63,924 nt of DNA, filler included, from Octopus bimaculoides (GCF_001194135.2; 4 parts of 4 records of this genome joined end to end with filler, not necessarily neighbours in it), one strand, 5' to 3'; counted from the whole stretch's first letter, positions 11,575 through 25,899 are shown. Made by a program: numbers and translations. The notes: generated by a model from the letters alone, not told the origin.

Positions 11575-12214
11575 CATATATATATATAATATATTTTATT
11601 TTAAAAACCAGGATAAATAACCCATTCGCACCTTGAGGGGATCCTTATATATAGCCAAGGGAAATAACCCATTCACTTTCCTTAATTATTTGGTAAAAAT
11701 GAAATTGAGTGTGCTTATTGAACTGTTAGTTATTTTCGCAATTTATCTAGTACAACCCTTAAACAAGTAAACAGTATTTTCCTAAACAATAGATCTACTT
11801 ATTTCGGTTAGTGACTTATTCACGAATATACCAACACTAGCGCCCCTGAGAGTAATATCCTCTGGGATTGCGCAAAAGTCCTTTTCAGAGTTATTTACTT
11901 TGAATTGTTATTATCTCATATATGATTAGCCTGTTATTACGTAACATGCATCACGATTTTAGTATACATACCTTATTAGTATTTCTTCCTATGTTGTATA
12001 TACTCTGGGATCGCATTAAAGCCCTTTTCGGGGCTACTTTATTTGAATTTTTACTATCGGGTAACGAATTTCATGTTATTACATAACTAACTTCACAATT
12101 TGGGTATTCATAACTTAGTGGAAATTCCTAAAAACAAGATTCTGTGTAAGACAGTTCGGTATTCTCTGTAAATGCACAAAAACTGTTTTAAGGGCTACAT
12201 ACCTTGTATTGTTG
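10941..12214. repeat. Near-perfect 225-bp inverted repeat (10941-11165 / 11990-12214)
   Basis: Arms are reverse complements, with one substitution that I could see. The left arm starts at the edge of an N gap. Confidence 0.9.
11275..11910 (+). mobile_element. Helentron/DINE-1-like non-autonomous element (HINE-like)
   Basis: 5' taaccctgcg...gtagccgtta, then (TATG)n, then taactcctcctag...cgattttgaggaaacttggcac core, and a 3' region with a short stem-loop motif (intact form agcccttttcggggct at ~12018). This layout is typical of DINE-1/HINE elements. Confidence 0.5.
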
Positions 12215-12348
12215 TTATTGGATTAGCGAAACAATTATGAGAACGGAACCAAGCTAGTGTATACATATATAGATAGATATACATATATATATGTATTCAG
12301 TATTCATGTATGTATGTATGTATGTATGTATGTATGTATGTATGTATG

Positions 12349-12392
<44 letters not shown>

Positions 12393-13716
12393 NNNNNNNN
12401 NNNNNNNNNNNNNNNNNNNNNNNNNNNNNNNNNNNNNNNNNNNNNNNNNNNNNNNNNNNNNNNNNNNNNNNNNNNNNNNNNNNNNNNNNNNNNNNNNNNN
12501 NNNNNNNNNNNNNNNNNNNNNNNNNNNNNNNNNNNNNNNNNNNNNNNNNNNNNNNNNNNNNNNNNNNNNNNNNNNNNNNNNNNNNNNNNNNNNNNNNNNN
12601 NNNNNNNNNNNNNNNNNNNNNNNNNNNNNNNNNNNNNNNNNNNNNNNNNNNNNNNNNNNNNNNNNNNNNNNNNNNNNNNNNNNNNNNNNNNNNNNNNNNN
12701 NNNNNNNNNNNNNNNNNNNNNNNNNNNNNNNNNNNNNNNNNNNNNNNNNNNNNNNNNNNNNNNNNNNNNNNNNNNNNNNNNNNNNNNNNNNNNNNNNNNN
12801 NNNNNNNNNNNNNNNNNNNNNNNNNNNNNNNNNNNNNNNNNNNNNNNNNNNNNTATATATACATACATACATTCATACATACATACATACATACATACAT
12901 ACATACATTCATACATACATACATACATACATATACATACATACAATGCCGGTATGTGTTTATTGAAAATGAGTCTATTATTCATATTTTCCTTTGTGGT
13001 TTGCTCTCCGACAAAGGGGACACGAATGTGACACAGTTTATAGGTTTTAAAGTTGACAGAGCGTGTGTTTAGAACGATCGGAAAATACGGATAAGTTTGT
13101 AACTGATGATTTAATGAGCGACCGGAATTTATACGTGTCGATTGTGTTTGTATGAATTTATGTTAGTATATATGTCTCTATATACCATTATAAATTCAGT
13201 GTGGTTTAATCAAACACGTGATCACTTCCAAGCCTCAGAAACGCGGTTCCAGCCCGCTAGGTGAGTTTCTTTGAATGATACACCAAAACCTATTTTCATG
13301 CATCGTTAAGAAATTCGTTCTGAGTTCGATCTCAATGGGGTTACATTGAACAAGTATTTTCCACTGTTGTTTAGAGTTTATAAATAAAGTATATTGAATT
13401 TGACAGACGAAAATTTTGCATTTAGGTTTTTTTCAGGGTACTCATCGATTTTACAATGTGATAAGAGATTTGTGTTCCTTTATTCCCCATGCAATTAAAG
13501 ATCGCAGTAGTGTGAAATTCGAGGCACAAAACAAACTCTCAGCTTCAGATTTAATTTAAGACCCATATCCTCTACAACGTGCATTGAGTACTCTTTTCTC
13601 ATTCGTTTGACATTAAGCAACACACACACACACATACATACATACATACATACATACATACATACATACATACATACATACATACGCACATACACACATA
13701 CACACATACATACATA

Positions 13717-16700
13717 ATGGAAGTCTGTCGGGGTTCGTCAATGACGTCAGTGATGCCGAAGGTGGTAGCGGAACCCAAAGGTGGACGCGCAGACGCGACC
13801 ACATGTGTGGCACGTTACAGCAGAAGTGGGGTTGGGGATCCTCTCTTTTCNNNNNNNNNNNNNNNNNNNNNNNNNNNNNNNNNNNNNNNNNNNNNNNNNN
13901 NNNNNNNNNNNNNNNNNNNNNNNNNNNNNNNNAAAAGCCGCAGACCTCAAGGGAAGTTTTCGAGCTGTCCTTGTATCGCCCCAGTGGCCTTCCAGGGTTT
14001 CTTACTCCAGAAGCCGGCTCAGAGAAGAAGATTATCTTTGGTAGACGCGTGTCGTCTATTCGGACTACATGTCCGACCCACCGGAGCTGGGCCTTCATGA
14101 TGAGGGCTTCCATCCCGGGGCATTTTGGCTCTGCGAAGCACCTCAGTGTTGGAGACTTTGTCCTCCCAGGAAATTCCCATGATTCGTCGCAAGCAACGGA
14201 GGTGGAACTGGTCAAGTACTCGCATTTGCCTCCTGTACAGCATCCACGTCCCACAGCCGTAGAGCAGAGAGGTGATGATGACTGCCCTATAGACTGCCAG
14301 CTTGGTGGAAAGTCTGATGCCTCGTTCAACCCACACACGTGTCCAAAGTCTACCAAACGAAGTTCCTACTTTTGCAAGCCACATGGAGATATTTTTGTCC
14401 ATGCTGCAGTTTGAGGACAGGCAGCTTCCCAAGTATGTAAAGCTCTCTACGTTGTTCAGAGTTGTGCCCTCAATCTCAATATGAAGCTCAGGAGATATCA
14501 GACCAGGTGCAGGCTGAAGCATCACTTCAGTTGTTTTTCGCAGGCCAATGGTCAGTCCGAAGGCTTTTGCTACTTCTGCGAGACAAGTGGCAAGTTCTTG
14601 CAGGTCTGGTTCATTCAATGCTGCAAGCGCATAATCGTCTGCAAACAGGAAGTCTCTCCCTAGGACGTCCAGGACTTTAGTTTTTGCCTTCAGACGTCTG
14701 AGGTAAAAAAAAATCGGCCGTCACATCTGTAGCGAATAGTGACACCAGCATCAGACTTTGACAGGGCGCAGAAGAGCATGGTGGCAAACATGAGGCTGAA
14801 GAGTGTGGGAGCCATCACGCAGCCTTGCTTCACGCCATTGGAGACCGGGAATGGATCAGAGACATCTCCGTTTTCCACGATGCAAGCCATCATGCCATCA
14901 TGAAATGACTGGATGATCCTAACGAGCTTTGGTGGGCAGCCTAGCTTGGACAAGATATCCCACAGGCCTTTTCGGCTTACAGTGTCAAAAGCCTTCGTCA
15001 GGTCCACGAAGAGGATGTAGAGGTTCTGGTTTTGTTCTCGGCACTTCTCTTGTATCTGCCGTACTGCAAAGACCATGTCTATTGTCCCCCTGTTGTTCCT
15101 AAATCCACACTGGCTCTCTGAGACCACGTTGTCCAGCAGGTGATGTGTGATGCGGTTCAGAAAAATACGGGCCATGATCTTTCCTGCGATGCTCAGCAAT
15201 GAGATGCCTCTGTGGTTATCACATGAAGCTCGGCCCCACCCCCTGTTATTGTACAGATGCACGATGTTGGCATCCTTGAAGTCTTGCGGCACTGACCCTT
15301 CGTCCCAGAACTGCTGTATCAGCTCAGTCAACTTGATGGCAACAGCTTCACCCTCCCCTCTTTGAAGATCCCTGGGGGTATTCCGTCAGGACCAGGTGCT
15401 TTCCCCACAAGTAGTTGCTTGATGGCCTTCTGGATTTCTGCCAGTGTTGGGGAGTCATCAAGCGACACCAGGACTGGGCGCTGTGGCATGTCTTGGATGG
15501 CCTGCTGGTCAATCTGGGAAGGTCTGTTTAGCAGCTGACTGAAGTGTTCACTCCAGCGCTGTATGATGTCGCTCTTCTCAGTAAGCAGGATTCCATCGGC
15601 AGAGCGCACAGGTGCCATTGCATTTAGCGTGGGACCATACACGTCTTTCAGGCCGGCAAAGAACTTCTTGAAGTTGTGCTCGTTTGCATACTGCTGTAGT
15701 TCTGCAGCCTTGTTTTCCCACCACTTGTCTTTCATCTGTCGCAGCTCAGTCTGCACCTTTCCTCTAATGTTCATGAGGGGGTCGTTCTTGACTTGGGAGT
15801 CTTTGTTGTTGAGCCTGTGAAGGCTTCTTTCTTCTCCTGGAGGAGGGTGGTGATCTCCTTGTTGTCAAACCAGTCTTGGTGTTTTCGTTTTGTATGGCCG
15901 AGGGTAAGGCTGACAGAGTCATACACTGCACCCCGGAAGTTGGCCCAGGCCTTCTCAAGGTTTCCCTCTGCTGGCAGATGTTCAAGCTGGTTGGCAAGGT
16001 TGGCAACGAGGGTCTCTTTTGTTTTTGGTTCATTGAGTTTCTGGACGTCCAGTTTCTTTTTAACGTCAGCTTTCTGGCGTCTGTGTCTGCTGACGATGGA
16101 AAAGGACGGTCTGCACCTCAACAGCAGGTGATCTGTCCAGCAGTCAGCTCCCCTCATTGCCCTAGTGATGCGAACATCCTGAATGTCACGGCGCCTGGTA
16201 ATCACATAATCAATCAAGTGCCAATGCTTGGACCTTGGATGCATCCAGATAGCCTTGTGGATGTCAGGCAGTTGGTACAGGGTACTGGTGATGGTGAGTT
16301 TCTGTTCAGCGCAGAAGGTGAGTAGCAGTTGACCATTGGTATTCTCGTGTCCGATGCCATGTGGCCCGATGACATCTGGCCAAGACTGGGCATCTCTGCC
16401 TACACCGGCATTGAAGTCCCCGAGTATCAGCAGCTTGTCGTCTTAAGGAACTGACCGCAGCACTTTGGTGAGGTTTTGATAGAACAGCTCTCTCTGCTCC
16501 AGAGTGGAGGTCGCGGTGGGGGGCGTAAGCACTGATTAGTGTCAGGTGCATCTTGCCTTGGAGAGGAATTCTCATCACCATCAGGCGGTCGCTGATTCCT
16601 CTAGGGAGGGACTCAAGGTTCTTGACGAGGGCGGTGCGAATGGCAAAGCCAACTCCTTCTACCCTACGTTCATCCGGTGCCTCTATGACCAAAAGAAAGT

Positions 16701-17695
16701 GTATCTAGCTCCAGCCTCGGTGATCTCCCTCGGGTCAGCAAGGCGTATCTCGCTGAAGGCACCAACATCAATAGTGTATCTCTGCAGTTCACGACCTACA
16801 AGTACTGTTCGACGTTCTGGTCTGTCACAGTTTTGGTTGTCGATGAGTGTCCTGATGTTCCAGGCTCCAACACAAAGTACTTTGCCGGCGGGAAGATTTT
16901 GTATTCTTCTTTCGTATTTCTTTCATGTTTCGACCGCGTGGTAGATGACCAGTCAGCTGCCGTATGCTGACAGGATGAGATGAGGCAAGCTTTCTTTAGG
17001 TCATCTTTTCTAGACCCTTCTCCATAAGGTGGGGAGCAGTGCTATCCCTGAAGAGGGCTGCTCCGTCGTCAGAGTGGCTGCCGAACTATGCCCTTGCCCC
17101 GGTAGGCTGCAGAACGACCATCCTGCCCTGACCACCCGAGTGCAGGTCCATGGCTAGCAGCTCCCAGTGCCATCCTGCACCTGCNNNNNNNNNNNNNNNN
17201 NNNNNNNNNNNNNNNNNNNNNNNNNNNNNNNNNNNNNNNNNNNNNNNNNNNNNNNNNNNNNNNNNNNNNNNNNNNNNNNNNNNNNNNNNNNNNNNNNNNN
17301 NNNNNNNNNNNNNNNNNNNNNNNNNNNNNNNNNNNNNNNNNNNNNNNNNNNNNNNNNNNNNNNNNNNNNNNNNNNNNNNNNNNNNNNNNNNNNNNNNNNN
17401 NNNNNNNNNNNNNNNNNNNNNNNNNNNNNNNNNNNNNNNNNNNNNNNNNNNNNNNNNNNNNNNNNNNNNNNNNNNNNNNNNNNNNNNNNNNNNNNNNNNN
17501 NNNNNNNNNNNNNNNNNNNNNNNNNNNAATCGCCTTAGGGGCTCCACTCCGGATTTGGATACGGTTTACTTTCTAGCCTTTGAGTAACCAAAAAAACCTA
17601 CCCGCAAGGCAGCGGGAAACTCTTGGAGGGTGGGGACGTCTCACTACCCGTACAGGACCAGAAGGACCTGCCCACTGTCCATACGATATATACAA
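13717..17695 (-). mobile_element. RTE-clade LINE, apparently full length (5' UTR, APE, RT, C-terminal C2H2-like motif), several frameshifts
   Basis: Minus strand from ~16926: GAWNIRTL..RPERR..RELQRY.ID...SE.R (APE), [68 protein letters not shown] (~14640), FTYLGS, LRWVGHV, TCHTCGRVC..FGFRYH. A GC-rich 5' UTR continues past the gap to ~17690. Confidence 0.97.
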
Positions 17696-18059
17696 TTAAA
17701 AAAAAAACATACATGCATACATACATACATACATACATACATACATACATACATACATACATACGTTTCTGAATGTATATGGTCCAGTTTTAAGATATCA
17801 GGCGAAAAGGATACGCAATATAAAGTTATATAGCATGCAATATATTAGTTTTACGCTATTAGAAATAAGGAATGTTCGATATTTCGGGTTGACGTCCCTC
17901 GATGAGGGCGTAAGCGAAAAAAGGGAAAATGTCTTGAAGAGAAAAAATAGATATTTTGAATGCATTGTTAATTCTAACAAAAATATTTTATTGAATTTTA
18001 TGAAAATCTTAGTGTCGAAACGTTTATGATTCCATACTTACATTATATTTATCTAAGTA

Positions 18060-19151
18060 TCAGGTTGAGTAAAAAGCAAGCAATCTTTTGAACCATGAAG
18101 AATTTGACCCGGATTTTCACAGTTTTGAATTTTCTTTAATTCTTTTTTAAATTGTCTGATAATTCAGACTTGCCCAAATGCATCAACAAATTAACATTAA
18201 TATTTTTTCATCGTTGTTACAATCATCTGAAATGGAATTGTTAAAGAGCTACATTCGAGCAATTTTGCTATTCAACTTCAAAAAAGGACGCGAAGCAGCT
18301 GAAACTGCTCGCTATATCAACGAAACGTTTGGTGCAGAAATGACCAGTGAGTGGTCAGCTAGAAGATGGTTTAAACGATTTCGCAGTGAAGAACAACGCC
18401 TTGAAGATTATGAACGTAATAGACGCCAATCTGTCATCGATGACGGTCAATTAAAGACCATCATTGAGAAAGATCCACGTAAAACCACTCGAGAACTGGC
18501 AAAAGAACTTCAAGTTAGCCAGAAAACTGCCTGCAACCATTTGCATGCGATCGGAAAATCAAAACAGCTCGACAAATGGGTACTACATGATTTGAATGAA
18601 AATCAGAAAATACGCAGATATGAAATTTATTCGTCGCTTCTTCTCCGTAACCAGACCGTATTGTAACGTTATTCTGTACAATAATAAAAAAAACTTTCTT
18701 CGCAGTGGTTGGACCAAAATGAAGCACCGAAAACCTTCCCGTCCCAGACTAGTCAACAGAAGAGGGCCAATCATTCTTCATGACAATACTCGACCACTCG
18801 TTTCCCTAATGACGCTCCAGAAGTTGAGGGAACCTGTCTCCGAAGTTCTTCCCCACCCAGCTTATTCCCCAGATATTTCTCCTACCGACTACCACTTTTT
18901 CAAGCACCTTGATGGTTTCCTGCGAGAGAAAGAGTTCAAAAATCAAATTGATGCTGAAAGTGCGTTCAAAGAGTTCATCAACTCCAGAACTCCAGATTTT
19001 TATGTTAGTGGAATAAACAAACTTGTAACTCGTAGGCAAAATGCGTTGATTGTAACGGTACTTACTTTGATGAATAGAATTTCCGCATTGTTGAAATATA
19101 TTGTGATGAATTTCATGTTTCAAAACGTTGCTTACTTTTTACTCAGCCTGA
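18060..19151 (+). mobile_element. Mariner (DD34D-type) transposon, internally deleted
   Basis: TIRs tcaggttgagtaaaaagcaagcaa / ttgcttactttttactcagcctga flanked by TA on both sides. Transposase motifs: WFKRF, KWVLHDL (WVPHEL), LHDNTRP, YSPDISPTDYHFF. The first catalytic D (TGDEKW) and part of the core are deleted. Confidence 0.95.
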
Positions 19152-20541
19152 TATATAATTAGAATTTTTATTGGTAATTACATTTTACACTGAAGATCTC
19201 TAATTATATAGATTATTGATGCCATTAATAACTGAAAACAATTTTGTTTCGTCCATTAATCTAATAGCTACTGGAAGACAAGGTCTCCAGAGAAAAATGC
19301 TTTCAATAATGCATAGGTGGGCAATTGAGTTATTCTATTTTTGTTAATATAGTTCTCTAAATTTAACATGTACGTCTGAAATATGATTTCCATGTTTTAA
19401 TATTCAGAAGTGAAAGTTGTAAAACAAGCGATGAATTTCTGGCAATCCAAATTCGTGTCGTGTTTGTCATTCTTAGTTGGTTCTAATGCAAAGAACTTAT
19501 TTGGTGACGAGCCAAAGTAGAAGAACCTTCTAAGTCTACACTTGCTAGAAATATCAGTCAAATCTTCCACAATGTTTATTCTATCCGCTTAGAAAAGGCG
19601 GATATTGTGTGGTGTAGTCCTAAAAAACGCAATGTCCGGAAACAAGTTGTAGTGACTATGGATGGAAAACCTTTTGACCATAAATGTCTAACAACTTATG
19701 CGATTAACTACTCTGTTAAGGGCATAAATATGACAGTTCAATTCTCTTTCTCTATGAAATTAAGACTGTGTCTGAGACAGTGATTGACGGTGCGAAAAAA
19801 TATAACTACAAGAAGAGGGCACAAACTCTAGAAAACTTGCAAGATTCTAACGCCTGTTTTAAACACTAAAAATGAAGTCGTTACAATATGGCATCATACT
19901 AACTCGAATCCCAAGCCTGAACCACAAACCATATCCAGTAATTGCCTTATAGTGGAGTGCATCTCATATGTTTCGTTTTTCTTTATTTTTTCTTTTTCTA
20001 TTTCTTTCCTTTTGTCTACCAAACATCTCCTGTGTTCTTTTTTCTTCTTTTCTTCAGTCTTATTTTTACATTTTTTCATTCCTGTTTGTTCTGTTTCTTC
20101 AAATTCCCCCTTTAGTACAGTTTAACTATTCTATTAATTTTTATGTTTATGAACTTGAGCCGAGATATTTTACCTCAAATATTATCAACTTTACACAGAC
20201 TGGTCATATAATTATTGCTGTACAAACCTTTTGCTAATTTTTTTCAGTTTTAGGTCAAGTTGCTACAATCGCATAGTATATAGCTTTGTATAAAGAGACA
20301 GAATCTAAGCAATTTACAGAATTATGACCTCTGGTTAATACAATTCCTCTCTGTAACGAAATAAGTTTAATGCCATATTGTCTCACATTTTCTCACATCT
20401 TACAATATTTCACCTAGTAGCCATCTTGACTATTTCATTTATAATTTAGTCTGACTTGATCTATTTCTTTCGAGAATCTAATGGTAGAATGCATATGAAT
20501 AATTGTCATTATTCATTATAAAGTATCTGTGTGCATACAAT

Positions 20542-20583
<42 letters not shown>

Positions 20584-20924
20584 TACTGAGATTACTGTGG
20601 GTAATAACAAGTAGTGATCTAGGCATTACATGAAATATATTATTAACTCTCTACATTTGTGGTGAGTACAAAATAGATACATTTCCAATTTTATTTTTCA
20701 TCCTCTGCTCAGCTGTGTCTCAACTTAGCTTCAAACAAATGTGTTTTGTTGTAAAGTTAGAGGAAACAAAACGTTAAGAGCAGGGCCGATGGAAATAATT
20801 GGTTCTCAGAACTGTGGTCACATATGAAACCAAAATGTCTACCTTTAGATGAGTTGTGAAAAGTACATTATTTTTGTTACTGTTTTTATTCTTGTCCTTG
20901 TTTTTGTTGTTGTTCTTGCTGGGG

Positions 20925-21125
20925 GTTTTTTGTTTAGCCCTAGGTCAGCTCTCATCAAGTTGACTTATGGTCAAAGGCATCACACAAAGCCCGTCTTTCC
21001 AAACATAGTTCATCTCAGACTAATATATTAAATACATCCTTCTATTATTTTAAAACGATTCGAATATAATTTAACTGAAGGCTATTATTTCTAGCAATTG
21101 AGCGACCACGCTGGAGCAATTCCAA
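20925..21125 (+). repeat. Dispersed repeat family (ttagcccc.ggtcag...tatgatcaaag / gctatttctagca..tcgagcgaccac), representative copy
   Basis: The same motifs recur, in either orientation, near 19530-19700, 22500-22720, 23200, 24280-24440, 37150-37270, 59260-59450 and 61190-61300. Class (SINE or MITE) not determined. Confidence 0.6.
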
Positions 21126-22744
21126 TCGTTTATATGCAGTTGTTCTGCATATGCATCAATATCTCAACAAGGAAGTCGACGAAATGTCGCCACCCAATTA
21201 TCTCAGTTCTACATCAATTAACAAGAGATACCTGGTTGCTGTAATGTGTCAGTCAATGGTGTTAGCTTATTTTACCGAAGGTCCAACGTCAATTTTGTTT
21301 ACTTGGAGAATTTAAAATTCACATTTTTCTTCATTTCTTTGTTTTGTTTATTCCTCGTTAGTGCTCGAATACGCTGAAGATTGCTTTTCCTGACATATCT
21401 ATTGTTTTTATATTATTCAAAGTCGAAACTTGTCAAACCCTATTAATAAAATTAAGCAAAACTTTATTCCACTCTTTCCTTCCTTCAACTGTATCTTTTT
21501 ACATCGATAAATTCAATTACACTTTTCGTCCATATTATTCAATTTTATTGTCGTTTTATTTCTTTAACCAATAGATCAGCTTTATTTTTATATTCTTTTT
21601 AATACAGGTCGTTTACACAAATATCTTCTGGCTTCCATGTTCGTAAAATTTTGCAGCCAGTTATTGTTCTTGATTTATTTGTTTTTATTTTGCTTGTTTT
21701 ATCTTGAGGACCTAAATTACAATAATTAATTTCTGTCTTCATTTTAATTGAATAATTCTTTGGAATTTTAGTTTCGAATCTTATTTCATCTTATTCACCT
21801 TAGCTGTAAATTGTATGTTACAATCATGTTATTTTCTGCTTTTTGTTCAAATCGCTTTGTTAGTCAAACATGCCTAAACATCAGCTTTAATGGTTTTGTT
21901 ATTCTCTTTATTTTGTATCGCTCATTTTTCTCTTTTAGAAGTGCGTTATAAATTGTCAAATTCTTCACTGTTACATGCTTATGAAGCCCCATGGGTAATA
22001 TATCACTGAAACACAAATAAAGAAAAGGAAATGAAACAAAAACTTAATTTCTACTTAGGCGGATCTTTTGTTGAAAATATTCTGAGGAAACCAAATGAAA
22101 AATTGATTTCCTTGCCGCAAACCGGATGCTGTTTAGTGACAGAAGAGTAAAAAAAATGTGACTACAACATAGTAAATTGTTGTTGCTATCCAGAATATCA
22201 AAGTAATTCAGCGGGGAAATATTTTAGGTAGAAATTAGTTCTATGACATAAAGTATTTAATTATAAAGGTTCTGCATCAATATCCATTAAAATATCAGCT
22301 GACTAACCCGCGCTGTGTAACGAAAATACAGAATAAATGTCTAAAGTTTTTATACGATTATACTACTATGAAGTATCGGGAACAATGGTAGTGGTGGTGG
22401 TGGTGGTGGTGGTGGTGTTTTTTTTTTGTTGTAATTGTTGTTGAATCCGAATCAATCCATGTGAAACAAACTCATGATCAGATCCCTCCCAGCCTCGTCT
22501 CGAGTATTCGCTATATAGGCCGCATTTAACCATTGTAACCATTTCCTTTCAAGATGGTGGAGTTTGATTTGAAGGAGACCTGACTCCTACTTCTAGCAAG
22601 TCGAACGACCACGCAGATGTGACTGGCGTTGTTATTGCTATTGTTTAGCCCCAAGTTAAGCCTCATTCAGCTAGCGAACCTATGATCAAAGATGTTCCAA
22701 TCTCGTCCTATCTTGGTCTTGGAAAATGAGTTGTTGTTGTTGTT

Positions 22745-23126
22745 GGCACTCCGTCGCTTACGACGTCGAGGGTTCCAGTTGATCCGATCAACGGAACAGC
22801 CTGCTCGTGAAATTAACGTGCAAGTGGCTGAGCACTCCACAGACACGTGTACCCCTTAACGTAGTTCTCGGGGATATTCAGCATGACACAGTGTGTGACA
22901 AGGCTGACTCTTTGAATTACAGGCACAACAGAAACAGGAAGAAAGAGTAAGAGAAAGTTGTGGTGAAAGAGTACGGCAGGGTTCGCCACCATCCCCTGCC
23001 GGAGCCTCGTGGAGCTTTAGGTGTTTTCGCTCAATAAACACTCACAACGCCCCGGTCTGGGAATCGAAACCGCGATCCTCTGACTGTGAGTCCGCTGCCC
23101 TAACCACTGGGCCATTGCGCCTCCAC
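22745..23126 (-). mobile_element. tRNA-derived SINE, full length, low divergence
   Basis: Minus head gtggaggcgcaaTGGCCCAGTGGttag...GGTTTCGATTCCcag (A and B boxes) and a (CAA)n tail. The body matches the plus-strand copy at 52630-52918. Confidence 0.9.
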
Positions 23127-23751
23127 TGGAAAATGCGTATCTAGCACTAAAACAGCATTATTCACTGTCTCTCATTTTTTAAAGATGTTTAAGTATACTT
23201 TGAGGAAGATTTTATCGTTATTTCTAGCGAGTTAAAAGGCTACATAGCAGCTTTTTCTTAAACGAGTAATAGAATTTTCTCTCTAGAAACAACGCCAGGT
23301 AACTTCGGGTAAAGTCTAAGATATTTCTCGTACTAATGAAGATAGGTGGAATAATTTTGTTTAAAGTTGTTTTTGTTTTTTGTTTTTTGTTGTTTTTTTT
23401 TGTTTTGTTTTGTTTTGTTCTTTCGTAAGAGTATACATTAAGATAATGGAATCCTCAAGAGTCAAACTCTGCTTTAATCGAAAAATAATGACATGCGTTT
23501 ACATTCCTCGCCGTAGCAAAGTTTATCACATTATAAACACAAAAATTGCGGTCTATACAAAACATTCTATATATAATGGTGCAGAACAGATTCCTTGCTG
23601 AAAAGAAAACCTCCTACACACCTCATGAACAAGCTATTTTGGACTTACATCTCAGATTCCACAACTGTCAGTGAAATGAAATAAAACAATGAAGGAAAGA
23701 AAAATTAGAATTGAGGTCGTTCCAGCTACCGATTAGTGGGAGGTGATTAAT

Positions 23752-23787
<36 letters not shown>

Positions 23788-25559
23788 AGTGAGTGTTAAT
23801 GTTTACTTCGTCATTTTCTCTCCCAGAAAAACTTGGCAAGCTTCACGAACACAGCTCTAGTATAATTTCCTTTTGTTTTTTTCCAAGACTCTCACTTTTT
23901 TCGATGTAGATACGATCTTTCTAAAGTCTCTCTCTCTCTCTCTCTCTCTTGATCTCTCTCTCTCTCTCTTACACTTTCCTACGCTCCCTCTCTCTCTCCT
24001 CTCTCTTTCAATAGTCTTTTTTATTTCAGCTGACAGGAGAGTTAAACTGCAATTTCTAAAACAAGTAAAAATTTTAAAAAATCAAAATCGTTTTTATTTT
24101 TACTATCAATTGAGCGGAAATATTTTTTATGAGTCTTCTTTGATCTCTGTATAAATGTCTGTCATTCAGCTCGCAGAGACAACTTTCGTAGAGACAACAT
24201 ATAGTTTCCAGTAACACAAATCCATGATACACTTTCAAGTCCTAGTCGACCTAGAAGTCAACCAGAACGGCTCCACATAGTCAGTCGGACTGCTAGAAAT
24301 AGCAGCCAAGTCTCCTTCACTTAAAATAGCAGCCAAATTTCCTTCACCTTAAAAATAAAAGATATATGTTCAAAAGTGTAGTCGTAGTATACTAAAAGAT
24401 AGGGCAGTCACGACTGGAACGCCTTTAACAATAGGTGTGCACAATCAGAAGTGATTTAGAGCCAAACATCAACAACATTAATATCTTTAATCAATTTCAA
24501 TTTCTATACATCGCTTGTGATCTTGAGAAACGCATGATTGTCACATACTCGTCCTCTTCAATGCCAGAGGTACTGTGTGCAGTCAGCTGGCAGAAATGCC
24601 TGGGTTCCTATTCTCTATCTGGATTTTGAATTCAAACTCTGTAGGAATCAAGCGTAAGTTTCTTCTTTCTGACGAAGGCAGAATGGCTATTAGTAAAATA
24701 TATTCGACATCAGTGATATCTAAATCTGGCATCTGAATAAAAGTAGAGGCGTTTAGAGGAATGTTAGAACAGCGAAATTTATGCTTTATGCAACCTGATT
24801 TCTAAAGTCATTGCTGCGTTCAAAACTTGCTACAACCAACTTCACCTCTTATTCGTACAGGTTCTAGATGTACCAGAAATATTGTCACTTGATGGCACAG
24901 GATTCTCAGAATCGTTAAAGCGTCGGACGCCCTTTATGTTGGGGGCTCAAATCTCACCGAACTTTTTTTCCTCCTTCCTGGATCAGTAAAATTAACCACA
25001 GTGCCGGTCACACACAGGGATCAATTTTATTGACTATAACCCTCCCTACAAAAATTTGTGCGTCCTTGGAGCAAAACACATTCACGCATCAGATTATAGA
25101 GACTGAGTGAAGAGAATTTAAAAGAAATTTTTAAATTGCTTCCAGGTGGAAATATTTAGACTTCCATTTACTTTTTGTGCTTTACCGATTTTATATGACT
25201 TAGTCAGAGGAGGAAGGGCAGCGATCATGAACCCTTTCAGGATCTCTGAAACCAGTGGAAGGAGAAAGTGGAAAGTTACGCTCTGACCGGAGACTTGATC
25301 TGAATTCATGTAGCCTCGCTAAAGGCAGGCATTCAAGCAACTTGAAGTTGTGTTAATCCAAGTGGTGGATTGAGTCTGACATAAGCACAAGAGTTCAAAT
25401 TTTGATAATGAATTTGGTTGATTAGGATCAACCCCAGTTCCTGACTAGTAATTATTTCATTGACCTCATAATGATAACTGTAGTTTATCAATCAGACCTT
25501 GGAATTATGCATTAAACATACATGTGTGTGCGTTAGTGTGTGTGCGTGTGTGTGTGTGC

Positions 25560-25638
<79 letters not shown>

Positions 25639-25899
25639 GACCCCGGTTGGGTTTGAACTCAAAACATTAAGGCATATTGTTAAATACTGCAACGTATTTT
25701 GTCCGATATTCTATCGATTTTATTAAACCATTTATTTTACCCATTTGTTGCTAAATAATCGCAAAAAATAACATTATGATGCACTAATATATCGACGAAA
25801 GAAACATTAACACCACAATCGATATAAGGGCATTTCCAGTTGCAAATAAGAACATTACGAAATCCTTTTACTGACACCCTTCACCATGTTCTTAAGGTG

